Source: Candidatus Poribacteria bacterium (GTDB lineage: Bacteria; Poribacteria; WGA-4E; PCPOR2b). From it: a stretch of DNA of 64,000 nucleotides. The stretch lies in NCBI GenBank assembly GCA_965208675.1, contig OZ242351.1:3648001-3712000 (forward strand), written 5' to 3'. Positions 39,159 through 50,741 of the stretch are shown here, one piece after another (the stretch's first letter is position 1; the number at the start of each line of letters is the position of its first letter). A model generated the notes under the pieces. It worked only from the letters and a program-made list of their open reading frames with translations. It was not told where the DNA came from and made no database searches. The position numbers and the translations under genes were made by a program.

Positions 39159-41831
39159 TTATTTGAGGATAACCATACGTCTTGCAGAGGAGGAGTCTGT
39201 TGTGTCGAGCTTATAGAAGTATGGATTACTACTGACTCGCTCGCCGCGGTCATTCCGTCCATCCCAATAGGCAGCTTTCTCCCGAGTCAGATAAGAACCA
39301 GCGGCTTGATTCCCCAGTTGAAGTGTACGTATACTGCGTCCGGATGCGTCATAAATGGTAATGGACACATCGGACGCCTCCGCTAGCTTATACGGAATCC
39401 ATGTTTCAGGGTTGAACGGATTTGGGTAATTCTGAAGCACTTGAGTGGTCATCGGCACCAAGTTGGCAAGCGTCGAATGCAATGTTGAGTAAGCCCGCCG
39501 CATATCCTCCAGCGTAATCAGTTTATCTATCTTTCCAAATGGTTCGCCTGAAGTGACGTCAGTCACAATCAAACGCAGTGTATCTCCAACGTGGACTAAT
39601 GGGTTCCGGTTCATATCGGCGAAACCTAACGTCAATCGGGCCCCTGATTCCACGTTCGCGGTTGTAAGCAGGTTGTTCGTTCTGAGGTTTTTCACGGAAA
39701 CATGGTAAGGTCCAGGGTAACCTTCTCCCTCTATCACGCCGTCAACAACAAACGCCCATAGATTTTGCGGTATTGGCGTTGCCGATGGGGCTGCGATGCC
39801 TTCCGCATCCGGTGAATCGCTCCAGCCTGCTCCCGTGAACTTGACATCGCCGCCATTAGGCGTATTGACGATATAACCGCGTCCGCCCTCAATCTGAAAT
39901 CCGTCGCCCGGAGTATCACGAGTCCATGAGACGAATCTGCCTTCGTCAGAGATACTGATTACCATTGTCGCGTTGATAAATTCCATGAAACTTTGAGCGG
40001 TAAACGGTTCCAATGGACGCAAAGGCGGTGAAATAATGTTCAAGCCGTTGTTTAGGGGCACCGTAAACGAGAGTTTGCCGGTAGCTTCCTCCGGCAAAAC
40101 GACATCTTCAACAGACCCATCCAGCGTACTGACCATGGTCGCTAGATTGTTTGTAGCTCGGTGAAAAAACGGCGGCCAAAAACGTCTAACGGCTTGAACC
40201 TTTTCAATCTCTTGCGTCACGGGTGCCGATTCACCCATTGTCAGGAGAATAAATGCGACCCGAAAATCTTTCTGAGAAGAATCTGCATGTGGGATTCGCA
40301 CACCGTTTGCTGCGACAATACCTTCAATGGTAACTTCCTCTTTCTCGCCGCGGAATGAAACGTCTGCCATGGGGTTCAAAAATCGCAAATTACCCCATAA
40401 AGACGGATCGTCGAACGGAGGTGGAATATCTATATCATGGGCGTTAACGACTAGGAACGTCGGATGAACCTCCTCCGGCCTTAACAAGCCCATCAAATAT
40501 AAATCGAGTGGACCGAATATATCCTTCGGGTCTAAAGTAGTGAAAGTCCCATCGCCATTATCGCGAATATCGTTGCCGCCCATGACCGAACCACCGGTAT
40601 GCAGGAAGAAATTCCAATGCGTGCCGCCGCGTCCTAACAACTGGGTTGGATTTAAATCAACTGCCCATCCGTGCCCGAACTCGTGCAACACGACACTCAA
40701 GGTTGAAGTTGCGGAACCGCTCACGTTCTCCAATGGATTGTCAGACCATACCTTTAAATTCTTCATCACGAGAAAAGTTCTCAACCTGCCCTGACTCCCG
40801 TAATCATCGGTATGATCGAAAATCGGAAAAATGCCCTTGCCGGAATAAACGCTGCCAATTCCCAACACATCATTTTTGACGGGGACGGCAAAGGCGAGGA
40901 CGCGAAAGATGTCTAAATCCGATTCAAAATTGGTGAAGAGAACCAAGCTATCAAAATCGTCGCCGTGGCTCTTATAAAACTCTCGTGCAACATTTTGGAT
41001 GTTGACTGTCGCTTTGTCCACGAAAACTTCGGCGATGGCGCCTGCCGATCCTTGAAACGGCAAATCGTCGGAATAGTCGACCAAAGCTGTCTGTGAGGCG
41101 TCGTTAAGCCCCCCGGGGGACAATCCCACAATTCCTGTTCGGACTCTAGACGATTCGAATCGGATGTCGATGACGCCCGTATCGAACAGAACTACCTGCA
41201 TTGTAACTTGTGAGTCAATAGCTTCAAACGTCGGAACATTGAACCAAGTGATTGTAATTTGGCCCGGAGAATCTTTAACTTCGACCGCGGTCGCTTCCTC
41301 ACTAAAGGGCACTGACGATCCAGGGTTCAAATCTGCATACAGCGCACCAATGCGAGGCGGCCCCCCCAAGAAATTTTGCAAATCCCTAGCACGTGGATTG
41401 GTGTCGCCTGTACCGAATGTGAAGTTTCCATCGGAGTTAACGAAGACATCGGTATACCCCTGTCCGAAAAATGTGAACGGGAATCCGATGGCAATCTTTC
41501 TGCTGTCGTCATCGGTCAAATCCAACACCTGGCCGAAAACGGCTTCAAATTCAACCTCATCGGGTCTGGACACATCGTATCCTTCCACAGCATTGGGGGT
41601 AAATCGTAAGCTGCTATTCGCTAAATCGAAAAAGTTTGTGGGTTGGACGAGGTGTTCGTTGCCCTGAATGACTACCACGTGCCCTACATCAGTGGATGTT
41701 GAAGGGAAGCTAACTTCTCGCGCAGCGTTTATTTTCAGTTGTTGATACGGCGAATCGCCCGGTCTTGCTTGGGCATCTACACAGAAGAGAATTAAAAGTA
41801 TTGTGCTCAACGGCACTATTCTTAACTTCAT
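39159..41831 (-). CDS. Secreted NIDO-like + HExxH metallopeptidase-like protein with FlgD-Ig C-terminal domain
   Basis: Signal peptide; IGFPFTFFG..VFVNSDG; VLHEFGH; QNYPNPFNPETWIPY...WDGRND. Confidence 0.8.
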   Translation of the reverse strand: MKLRIVPLSTILLILFCVDAQARPGDSPYQQLKINAAREVSFPSTSTDVGHVVVIQGNEHLVQPTNFFDLANSSLRFTPNAVEGYDVSRPDEVEFEAVFGQVLDLTDDDSRKIAIGFPFTFFGQGYTDVFVNSDGNFTFGTGDTNPRARDLQNFLGGPPRIGALYADLNPGSSVPFSEEATAVEVKDSPGQITITWFNVPTFEAIDSQVTMQVVLFDTGVIDIRFESSRVRTGIVGLSPGGLNDASQTALVDYSDDLPFQGSAGAIAEVFVDKATVNIQNVAREFYKSHGDDFDSLVLFTNFESDLDIFRVLAFAVPVKNDVLGIGSVYSGKGIFPIFDHTDDYGSQGRLRTFLVMKNLKVWSDNPLENVSGSATSTLSVVLHEFGHGWAVDLNPTQLLGRGGTHWNFFLHTGGSVMGGNDIRDNGDGTFTTLDPKDIFGPLDLYLMGLLRPEEVHPTFLVVNAHDIDIPPPFDDPSLWGNLRFLNPMADVSFRGEKEEVTIEGIVAANGVRIPHADSSQKDFRVAFILLTMGESAPVTQEIEKVQAVRRFWPPFFHRATNNLATMVSTLDGSVEDVVLPEEATGKLSFTVPLNNGLNIISPPLRPLEPFTAQSFMEFINATMVISISDEGRFVSWTRDTPGDGFQIEGGRGYIVNTPNGGDVKFTGAGWSDSPDAEGIAAPSATPIPQNLWAFVVDGVIEGEGYPGPYHVSVKNLRTNNLLTTANVESGARLTLGFADMNRNPLVHVGDTLRLIVTDVTSGEPFGKIDKLITLEDMRRAYSTLHSTLANLVPMTTQVLQNYPNPFNPETWIPYKLAEASDVSITIYDASGRSIRTLQLGNQAAGSYLTREKAAYWDGRNDRGERVSSNPYFYKLDTTDSSSARRMVILK

Positions 41832-41894
41832 GAAAGTATTCTTCCTTATTTTTTTGCGGTTAATACGAGATTTGTTTCACAGCAATTAGTCTTA

Positions 41895-42023
41895 GAACCT
41901 GTTTGAAAAGTCTAAATTCGTTTTCAAGAAAAACCATTATGTGCCAAACGCCTTGAAAATCCCATGATTTTGACCTTCATATAACCAACAAATGGGTTTG
42001 CCACCTACTTTTCAAACTGGCTC
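41895..42023. mobile_element. MITE, IS5-family-like (129 bp)
   Basis: 17-bp terminal inverted repeats GAACCTGTTTGAAAAGT / ACTTTTCAAACTGGCTC (15/17), TTA on both flanks, no ORF. Confidence 0.7.
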
Positions 42024-42176
42024 TTAGAATCCATTGCCAAATTCAGCAGAATCTTCACGTATTTAGAATATCGATAAACCTTCCGTAAACCGAAATTTTC
42101 AATTCAACACTCTACCGCAATACGCACATGGCGCGGTGGCACAAGGCCTTATGCAAGTTGGTAGAGCTCGCAAGCC

Positions 42177-42205
42177 ATTATATTCCGCGATGCTAACGTT
42201 GTCAA
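42177..42205 (-). promoter_or_regulatory. Consensus sigma70 promoter upstream of the 41831 gene
   Basis: TTGACA-N17-TATAAT on the minus strand. Confidence 0.65.
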
Positions 42206-42477
42206 GTCGTTTTTCCACGGTGCAATTCAACCTTCACGCATCATTCGGTGGGTAAGAGAAATTCATCTGCAGGAAAAGAGGGTCTTCACTGATGGACAGC
42301 ATTGCAACTGTAGATGGCGCCATTTACGTGAACGCTCTACAATCTCTGTTGATGCTGTGCTTGAGCGTTTGGCAAAGTGCGCAGGCAGGTAGGTAGGTAC
42401 AACCTCGGTATCTGTAGATTGTGTTAGAGAGTAGAAGGAATCAATGGCGGGTAATCTTGAGCCGATTTAAGCAGAAC

Positions 42478-43335
42478 TCATTTTAGCACTTGGCACTGAG
42501 GACAGTAATATGTAGATCTCTGCTTTTGTATGATACGCTCAATGGCAGATTGGCAGGCTGGGCAGGGCTTACCTTCCTTCCCATATACATAGTGTAAACC
42601 TTGGGACTGTCCCGTATCAACAGCGGTTTGATAATTGGCTACGGTAGCCCCCTGTTGTTCAAAGGCACGTTTTAAAATTGTACTGATTGACTGTCCTAAG
42701 CATTTCTTCTCTGAGCTAGAGAGCTTATTCGCATGTGTGTTTGGGTCTAGTTTCGCTAAAAACAGAATTTCTGATTTATATACATTACCTATTTCTGCAA
42801 CCAGCCGTGAAGAAATTAGAATTTCTCCTAACGGCTTTGCCTGATTTATGGGCAAACTCAAAAGCTGTTCAAACTGCTCTTGGGGGAAGTGCTCTTGTAA
42901 ACCATTGATGCCAAGGGTTTTTACGCTAGGTACTTGTTCCAATAGTTCTTGTTCAGAGCTAAATACTTGAAACCGCCCAAAATTTCGCATATCATCAAAT
43001 ATAGCTCTCATGCCGCCATCGAAATCCAAAACCACTTTCGCATAGTTTGAGGGCATCTCACTTGACAGGTCTTTTGCCGGTTTCTCAATGGTCCACGCGC
43101 CGGTCATTCCAAGGTGGGTTAGCGCGAGAAAACGCTCGAACCACCAGATTAGGAATTTTCCGCGGCGTTCGAGGCGTTCAAGGGTTTTTCCTTGAAGTAA
43201 ACCCAATTTGTCTAGTTGTATTTGGTAGCGTTGGTATTTTAAGGCTAGTGGAGTAAAAGTTACTTTTTGAAGTCGTTTTTTCTCAAGAGCCAGCAAATCG
43301 CGTCGGTTCCGCTCAACCTCAGGGCCTTCAGGCAT
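42478..43335 (-). CDS. Fpg/Nei family DNA glycosylase
   Basis: MPEGPEV, RRGKFL, HLGMTG, IGNVYKSEILF H2TH, CPAC...CPQCQ zinc finger. Confidence 0.92.
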   Translation of the reverse strand: MPEGPEVERNRRDLLALEKKRLQKVTFTPLALKYQRYQIQLDKLGLLQGKTLERLERRGKFLIWWFERFLALTHLGMTGAWTIEKPAKDLSSEMPSNYAKVVLDFDGGMRAIFDDMRNFGRFQVFSSEQELLEQVPSVKTLGINGLQEHFPQEQFEQLLSLPINQAKPLGEILISSRLVAEIGNVYKSEILFLAKLDPNTHANKLSSSEKKCLGQSISTILKRAFEQQGATVANYQTAVDTGQSQGLHYVYGKEGKPCPACQSAIERIIQKQRSTYYCPQCQVLK

Positions 43336-43808
43336 GATTTTTATTAATTATCGGCTTTAATTGGCACTGGCACAGAAACATCTGACGGCTAGCACCGCCT
43401 CGTAGCTGCGTTTTTCATGCACGTTCGTGGTAACTGGCCAAATAGGAATTGATGTTGTCCACAGCGGCAGGTTTAATGCCGATACTGTCTGTAGCGTTTC
43501 TGTTCAAGGCGGGTTATATGCTGCACCGTTCGCGGAGATTACATTCTGTAAATGAACGTCCTGTTGGCAGCAAGACAGTGAGCGGAGTAACTGCAAAGAA
43601 AACCTGATGTTCGAGAAGAATTTTAGTTTCGCGGCAGAATCTCCACCTTAACAGAAGCCAATTAAGACGCTCTGACTTTACAGGTTATTCCCGAAGCTGA
43701 AGCGCGATTCGACCCAATCCAAAAATTTAGGCGTTCGTAAGACCGCAGTAAACCAGACTAAGTCAACCCATTAAAGGCTGTTCAATCGATACTCAGCCGA
43801 AACTGACG

Positions 43809-44153
<345 letters not shown>

Positions 44154-44189
44154 TTACTCCTTCGTCCAAAGCGATTTAGGTAAGTTTAG

Positions 44190-44221
44190 CAAGCCCCGAT
44201 TCGTTTTCCAATCGGGGCTTG
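44190..44221. terminator. Stem-loop between glnA and glnB
   Basis: CAAGCCCCGATT-N8-AATCGGGGCTTG 12-bp stem; no strong U-tract. Confidence 0.55.
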
Positions 44222-44230
44222 GGATTCTGA

Positions 44231-45649
44231 TTAAATATCGTGGTAAAGATGGAATTCGTATGGATGTGGACGTAAATTAATCGCATCGACTTCGTTTTCA
44301 TGCTTATACGCGATCCACGAATCAATCACGTCCTGAGTAAACACATCACCCTTGAGGAGATACTCGTGATCGTCTTCTAAGGCGTCAAGTGCTTCCGCCA
44401 ACGAACTTGGGGTTGAATCAATTGCAGCCATATCCTCCGGTTCAAGATCGTACAAATCTTTATCAACAGGATTTCCCGGATGAATCTTATTCTGGATACC
44501 ATCAAGACCAGCCATCAGCAAGGCACTGAAAGCGAGATAAGGGTTGCAAGATGGATCAGGTGTACGGAATTCAACGCGTTTTGCCTTTGGGCTCTTGTGA
44601 TAAATCGGAATTCGGACACATGCGCTTCGATTCCGCTGAGAATAGGCGATATTGACGGGTGCTTCAAATCCAGGCACCAGCCTTTTGTAAGAGTTTGTCG
44701 TTGGTGCAATCAGCGCACAGAGTGATTGTGCGTGTTTGAGCAGCCCACCGATATAATATAACGCCGTTTCACTCAAAAGCGCATAACCTTGCGCGTCAAA
44801 GAAAATGTTTTGATTGTCCCTCCATAAACTCTGGTGAATATGCATGCCTGAACCATTGTCTTCAAAGAGCGGCTTCGGCATAAAGGTTGCCGTTAGATTG
44901 TGTTCGCGAGCAGTGTTCTTGATGATGTATTTATACAGTGCCAGCTTATCACCCATCCGTGCCAAGGTATCGTACCGCATGTCGATTTCACCCTGTCCAC
45001 CTGTACCTACTTCGTGGTGATGAACTTCCACGTCAATTCCGCATTCAATCATCTTGAGGATAATTTCAGAACGAACATCCTGCAGCGAATCCGATGGAGG
45101 TACCGGGAAATACCCTTCTTTATAACGGGGCTTGTAACCAAGATTAGGCCCTTCATCGCGCCCTGAATTCCAGCTTCCCTCAACTGAATCGACAAAGTAA
45201 TATCCTGAGTGATGATCTTGACCATAACGGATGTCATTTAAGAGATAAAACTCCGCTTCGGGCCCCCAGAAACTAGTGTCGGCGATACCTGTAGATTGTA
45301 AATAAGCCTCCGCCTTCTGCGCCACATGCCGTACATCGCGTGAATAGCTTTCCAGCGTCACCGGATCTTTAATGTTACAGACAAGACTTAACGTATCAAT
45401 TTTACAAGCTGGGTCAATTATTGCAGTATCGGGATCTGGAAAGAGCAGCATGTCGCTTTCGTGAATCTGTTGAAAACCGCGAATGCTTGAACCGTCAAAG
45501 CCGACGCCCTCTTCAAACAAATCTTCGGTTAATTCTGAGATTGGCATCGAAAAGTGCTGCCACATACCCGGCAAATCCATGAATTTGAAATCAACAATCT
45601 TAAGGTCATTTTCTCTTGCAAAAGCAATCACTTCACTCGTTGTCATCAA
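44231..45649 (-). CDS. glnA: Glutamine synthetase type I
   Basis: FDGSSIRGF, HHHEVG, FMPKP..DNGSGMH, RLVPGFEAP, NRSACVRIP, DKDLYDL. Confidence 0.97.
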   Translation of the reverse strand: MMTTSEVIAFARENDLKIVDFKFMDLPGMWQHFSMPISELTEDLFEEGVGFDGSSIRGFQQIHESDMLLFPDPDTAIIDPACKIDTLSLVCNIKDPVTLESYSRDVRHVAQKAEAYLQSTGIADTSFWGPEAEFYLLNDIRYGQDHHSGYYFVDSVEGSWNSGRDEGPNLGYKPRYKEGYFPVPPSDSLQDVRSEIILKMIECGIDVEVHHHEVGTGGQGEIDMRYDTLARMGDKLALYKYIIKNTAREHNLTATFMPKPLFEDNGSGMHIHQSLWRDNQNIFFDAQGYALLSETALYYIGGLLKHAQSLCALIAPTTNSYKRLVPGFEAPVNIAYSQRNRSACVRIPIYHKSPKAKRVEFRTPDPSCNPYLAFSALLMAGLDGIQNKIHPGNPVDKDLYDLEPEDMAAIDSTPSSLAEALDALEDDHEYLLKGDVFTQDVIDSWIAYKHENEVDAINLRPHPYEFHLYHDI

Positions 45650-45895
45650 AAATCCTCCAAAAATGATTCAGAAATAGTAACAAAAACCAGTTCTTGATTG
45701 AGACTGTCCGACGTTGATGAAGCCGAATCAATCGGAGCAAATCAAAATGGGGTTCTCAGACGAACATCTTTTATGACGCTGCGTTGAGCGGCAATGCCTA
45801 CCAATTTAGAGATTTTGCAAACTTGCACTTCACTAAATTCAGGAAACGTTTACGCAATTATTCTAACAGAAACTGCGGCAAATACGCAAAGTATG

Positions 45896-45912
45896 AGCAA
45901 GTGTTATGCCAA
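45896..45912 (-). promoter_or_regulatory. sigma54 (-24/-12) promoter upstream of glnA
   Basis: TTGGCAT-AACAC-TTGCT on the minus strand (GG-N10-GC). Confidence 0.65.
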
Positions 45913-46129
45913 CTTTCAGACCGTGCCGAGTTACATGACGAAATCTACAATCGAACAACTAATGTGTTTGACTCAATACTTCACGAATCGCTGAAACCGT
46001 GTACACCAAAGCATATCCATGCGATGCCACAATGCACTCAGGCAATATATTTAAACAATTAATGATGCTGAATAATTGAGCACTGCTGCTAAAGGTTTCA
46101 GCATTTTGAGCCGTTGCTGTAGTCGGCTG

Positions 46130-46705
46130 CTAACTAGTCAAATCTTCACCAAAACGGCTTGCTACCGGTTCAATCTGTCCTGCATATTTGTTCCCCGGTT
46201 TCTGGCGATATGGCACTTTTGCAGGGGAAGATAACATTTCAAACGTAAACGCGCAAATCCTCATGCCAGGATAGAGTTTGACAGGCATGCGTCCAAGATT
46301 ACCAAGTTCTAAGGTTGCTGTGCCGACCCAACCCGGATCAAAAAGTCCTGCGGTGCTGTGAACAATAATGCCGATTCGACCAATGCTGCTTCTCCCTTCC
46401 AGCCGCGCCATCACGTCGTCCGCCAGTTCAAGGGTTTCGAGCGTCGCAGCAAGGACAAATTCATCCGGCTGTACGGTAAATGCGTCTCCGTCAGGCACCT
46501 CAACTTTGTGCATCAATCCATTAATGTCAATCCCAGATTGGAAATCAATATATGGATATTTGCTATGTTCAAATACACGAAATGTATTTCCCAACCTAAA
46601 ATCAACAGAACACGAACCCAAGTGTTTCGTGAGGTCCGGAGCAGGCGTAATTTTGATTTTCCCTTTCTCCAAATATCTTAAGATATCCTGATCCGATAGA
46701 ACCAT
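46130..46705 (-). CDS. dcd: dCTP deaminase
   Basis: SVDFRLG, LEGRSSIGRIG, TAGLFDPGW, TLELGN, KYAGQ. Confidence 0.93.
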   Translation of the reverse strand: MVLSDQDILRYLEKGKIKITPAPDLTKHLGSCSVDFRLGNTFRVFEHSKYPYIDFQSGIDINGLMHKVEVPDGDAFTVQPDEFVLAATLETLELADDVMARLEGRSSIGRIGIIVHSTAGLFDPGWVGTATLELGNLGRMPVKLYPGMRICAFTFEMLSSPAKVPYRQKPGNKYAGQIEPVASRFGEDLTS

Positions 46706-47273
46706 TAGCGTTCCTCTGTATCAGCCGGTGTATCAACTGCGTGTCGGTTATCCAAAAAAACTCGGTGGTCTCATTTAGAAATTTTACGCGCTTTATCTCC
46801 TGTCTAAATGAACATTGAGCATTAAACCGGATTTACGGCACGATAAGACTCAATTGCAACGCGGATTTCGAAGATTGTAAGCATGCTTTCACTCGGAAAG
46901 CTGATTTGGATGAGAAACATATTCCCATCATTTTCATCATTATATCAAATTTTAAAGCAAGTGTCACGTTTTTTTAATCGAAAGAGAAAACTCCAACCGT
47001 AATCATCTATAGGTATGAAGTCGAGGTGAATATGTATTGAATAAAGATGAAAGGATGGAATAGAAAGAAAGGAGTTCTTTCACCCCTGCCGAAGGCCGCG
47101 CTCGATTGGCGTTTAGGATAGTATGAAACTGTGCTTCACCAATTATTCACCACGTTTCCAAGGATCTGCTACCATTTCACTGTACTTTATATCGAAGCTG
47201 TGATAAACTTTTTTCATATTTCAGATCATTTAGATTAGTCGCGACAATCTCTGAATTATTCAGGAGGCAAATT

Positions 47274-48167
47274 ATGGCACATTCAGATTACAAGATTGGC
47301 GTTGTTGGTACGGGTCGGATGGGGGGTAACATAGCACGCCATTTGCACGATGAAGGGTTTTCAATTGTTGCGGTGTTCGATGTTATAGAAGCAGCAGCTA
47401 GGGTGCTCGCCGAGGAGATAGGTGCGGAGGCGGCTGATCGCCCGGCGCGAGTGACAGAACTCGCTGATTATATTATTACGGTTGTAACCGATGATGATGC
47501 TATGCGGCAAATATTCTCGGAGTCAGATGAAGATAGCTTGCTCAATAGTGCAAAAGGCAAGCTATTTCTCAATTGCGCAACAATTTCACCGCAAGTTCAT
47601 GTCGATGTTGAGAAACTCGCCGAAAAACGTGGTGCCCAGAGTTTGGAAGGCTGCATGGCAAGCAGTATCACGCAAGCACGTGAAGGAACGCTCTACCTGA
47701 TGTGCGGCGGCAAAAGAGACGCCTTTGACAGAGCGAAACCGATTCTCGATTCGATGAGTGTAGCGCTCCGCTATGTCGGCGATGCTGGCCGAGCTGCGCA
47801 GGTAAAAGCCTTAGTCAATATGGTGATGAACATTAACACTGCCGCGCTTGCTGAAGGACTCGGACTTGGCGCCGCGCTCGGTCTCGACTTGACTATGCTC
47901 CAAGAAGTCTTTGCTCAGACCGGTGCCAATTCGCGCGTACTGGAGACAGATGGCGAAGATATGGAAAATCGAGATCACGAATGCTATTTCTCAGCGGCGC
48001 ATGCCGCAAAGGATTCAGGGATTGCCCTTGAGCTTGCCAAAGCTGCTGGCTTAAATCTACCGCTCGCCGAAGCTACCAAGAAACAATATGATAGGATGAT
48101 TGAAATCGGTAAAGGAGAGTTAGATAAATCGGGCGTCGCCGAACTCACATTTCCCGGAAGGGGATAG
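47274..48167 (+). CDS. NAD(P)-dependent oxidoreductase, 3-hydroxyisobutyrate dehydrogenase family
   Basis: GVVGTGRMGG, AQVKALVN, AKDSGIA. Confidence 0.88.
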   Translation: MAHSDYKIGVVGTGRMGGNIARHLHDEGFSIVAVFDVIEAAARVLAEEIGAEAADRPARVTELADYIITVVTDDDAMRQIFSESDEDSLLNSAKGKLFLNCATISPQVHVDVEKLAEKRGAQSLEGCMASSITQAREGTLYLMCGGKRDAFDRAKPILDSMSVALRYVGDAGRAAQVKALVNMVMNINTAALAEGLGLGAALGLDLTMLQEVFAQTGANSRVLETDGEDMENRDHECYFSAAHAAKDSGIALELAKAAGLNLPLAEATKKQYDRMIEIGKGELDKSGVAELTFPGRG

Positions 48168-49004
48168 GTAGAAAAAATATCATCAATTCGATGGCAGGGC
48201 GGCACACACCATTTTGCTCTCATATTTACTTCCATTTGATGACCGAATGAAGCCGCAAATTTTAGGTTCATCTAAATCTCCGACCATACTGAATTCTCGC
48301 AGTAGCAAGAGACCGTCCAATTGATTCTCGCAGAGACCGCCGAATTTAAGTATTTTTGACCTGATCAATTCGGTTATTTGAAACGTTCATCTCGACACAC
48401 GATTTCCTTCATTTCAGTTACACGCCAAGCTGTTCTCAATTCGGGCTGAGAACTGTCCAAGAAATGATTTGCCCTTAAATTTTTGGACTACATCTTATCG
48501 GCATTAAGACCGTACCTTTAATTTTGACTTGCTAGTTGTTGAGATTACCGTATTGTCGGTTTAGTGTCAAAGCGCAATCATACCTGCTCCATTTCCCGAC
48601 GGATTTTTGCATTACACTTGGATTTGGAACGGAGTTTGAAACCGTTCCGAGACAGACCTTGCACATCGCCAAAAAGGTAATGATGAACACTCTACCTCTC
48701 CTTTCCGCCCATTCTCACTGTTGCTTAACCGAGAGACGGGGTAACTCAATGCTTTTTTTGAAATAGATGGGGCCTGCCCCAATTTGCCGCCGAGATGCTT
48801 CCGCTCAGCGACGTGTACGTTGGATGCACTGTGGGGATATTTTTTCCAAGGGAAAAGAGAGTTATGGCGATATCACATTCATCGATGTGACGGCGGCTTC
48901 TTTCATGTTTCTTAGGATGTTTCTAGTATTGATTGATATAGGGATTTGTGTTAAAATGGCGGTCTGCAAAGAAGTGAAGCGTATATATCTTGAGAAGGAA
49001 TAAC

Positions 49005-50369
49005 ATGGCACCGAGGAAGAAACTGTTAAAATTGGGAGGCGGCTCGGCCTGTCCGGGAGAAAGGATTGAGCCAGCGGTAGAACTAGTCGAAAAGGGCGGG
49101 ATTGACTACATTGTGTTTGATTCCCTTTCTGAAAGTGAGATGCTAGCTTTTGAAAGACACAAATTGAGCCACCCTGATGAGGGATTCGATATTTATACGG
49201 AGAGACGGCTCAGGGCAATCTGGCCCATTTGCGCCCGCAAAGGAATAAAAATTATAGGCAACATGGGAGCCGCAAATCCCAAAGCGGCGCAGGATTTAGC
49301 GATTAGGGTGGCACGAGAATTAGGGCTTGGCGGTGTGAAGGTTGCTGTGGTATTAGGTGATGATGTTCTTTCGCTCGTCAAAGAACTCGATCTGAAGGTT
49401 AACGAGACTGAAAAGAGGGTCAGTGAATTCGGCGACAGACTCATTGCGGCGCATGCCTACATACCCGCGGACCCTGTCGTGGAGGCTCTTGAAGCCGGGG
49501 CAGATCTCGTTATGACGGGAAGGGTCGGCGATGCTTCATTGTATCTAGCGCCGATGATTTTTGAATTTGGCTGGCGTGAGGATGAGTGGGATTCATTCGC
49601 CAAGGGCATTATACTAGGGCACCTGTTTGAGTGCGCTGGACAGTTGACCGGCGGATATTTTGCAGATCCGCCATACAAGGTTGTTCCCAATCTTTATCGC
49701 TTGGGTTTCCCCATCGCGGAGGTCGCCCCAAATGGCGATGCCATTATAACGAAGGTTCCGGGGAGTGGCGGACTGGTGAGTCCGGCTACTTGCGCGGAGC
49801 AGATGTTATACGAGGTCGGTGATCCGGCCAGATACATTGAGGCGGATGTAATCTCGGATTTCAGTGATATGGGTTTTGAACAGATTGGTCCCGATAGAGT
49901 TGCAATCACCGGTGTTATCAAGGGAACCCCCAAACCCGAATTGCTGAAGGTCAACTTAGGCGTCAAAGACGGGTATAGAGCGGAAGGTACAATTTTCTAC
50001 GCGGGCCCCGGTGCCTATGAAAGGGCTAAACTAGCTGCGGATATCATCAAAAAGCGGTTGGAGTTGATTTCGCATCTGAAGGCGGATGCGTTACGGTTCG
50101 ACCTGTTGGGAATCAATTCACTGTATGGCTCCTCCAATGAAAAACCAGAAAGTGTTCCGTGGGAAGTGGGGCTTCGCGTTGCAGGTAGAACTCGAGAAAG
50201 CGCTGAAGCTTGGAAGATAATGCATGAGCTAGAGACAATCGACAACAACGGTCCAGCTGCGATTGGCCGCGGCTTAAGGAAAGAGGACGTTACTGAGATT
50301 CTTGGTTACTATTCAACGTTCATACCGCGGGTTAAGGTTAAGACTAAAGTCTTGATTGAGGAGGCATAG
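49005..50369 (+). CDS. Acyclic terpene utilization AtuA family protein
   Basis: NMGAANP, GADLVMTGRVGD, GHLFECAGQLTGGYF, EQMLYEVGDP. Confidence 0.88.
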   Translation: MAPRKKLLKLGGGSACPGERIEPAVELVEKGGIDYIVFDSLSESEMLAFERHKLSHPDEGFDIYTERRLRAIWPICARKGIKIIGNMGAANPKAAQDLAIRVARELGLGGVKVAVVLGDDVLSLVKELDLKVNETEKRVSEFGDRLIAAHAYIPADPVVEALEAGADLVMTGRVGDASLYLAPMIFEFGWREDEWDSFAKGIILGHLFECAGQLTGGYFADPPYKVVPNLYRLGFPIAEVAPNGDAIITKVPGSGGLVSPATCAEQMLYEVGDPARYIEADVISDFSDMGFEQIGPDRVAITGVIKGTPKPELLKVNLGVKDGYRAEGTIFYAGPGAYERAKLAADIIKKRLELISHLKADALRFDLLGINSLYGSSNEKPESVPWEVGLRVAGRTRESAEAWKIMHELETIDNNGPAAIGRGLRKEDVTEILGYYSTFIPRVKVKTKVLIEEA

Positions 50370-50372
50370 CTC

Positions 50373-50693
50373 ATGGGGAAGGTCCAGCTGAGAGAAATCT
50401 GTCACGCAAGGTCCGGGGATAAGGGGAATACCGCGAACATCGGTCTGATTGTATATGATAAACAACACTATGAATTGATTAAAAGAGAAGTAACCACAGA
50501 ACGGGTCAAGGTGTTTTTCCAAGGAACCGTGAAGGGCGAAGTGGAGAGATACGAACTGCCTCGGATGGGCGCACTCAACTTTGTGCTGCACCAGGCGTTG
50601 GATGGTGGATCCACCCGAACTCTCTCGTTCGATGTTTGTGGAAAAGCGCTGAGTTCCGTGCTTTTAAGTCTTATAATTGAAACTTCGGATTAA
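50373..50693 (+). CDS. AtuA C-terminal-like small ferredoxin-fold protein
   Basis: HARSGDKGN, VERYELP..ALNFVL..ALDGG, D..GK. Confidence 0.85.
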   Translation: MGKVQLREICHARSGDKGNTANIGLIVYDKQHYELIKREVTTERVKVFFQGTVKGEVERYELPRMGALNFVLHQALDGGSTRTLSFDVCGKALSSVLLSLIIETSD

Positions 50694-50741
50694 CCCGCAT
50701 TAAATGGAATCACCAAGCTTTATGCTATGGGAGGTACAGCA

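Noticed and set aside
42335-43520. attC-like imperfect inverted repeats flanking the AT-richer Fpg/Nei gene
   Set aside because: Cores (GTTAGAG, GTTATAT) do not fit GTTRRRY, pairing is weak and no integrase is present.
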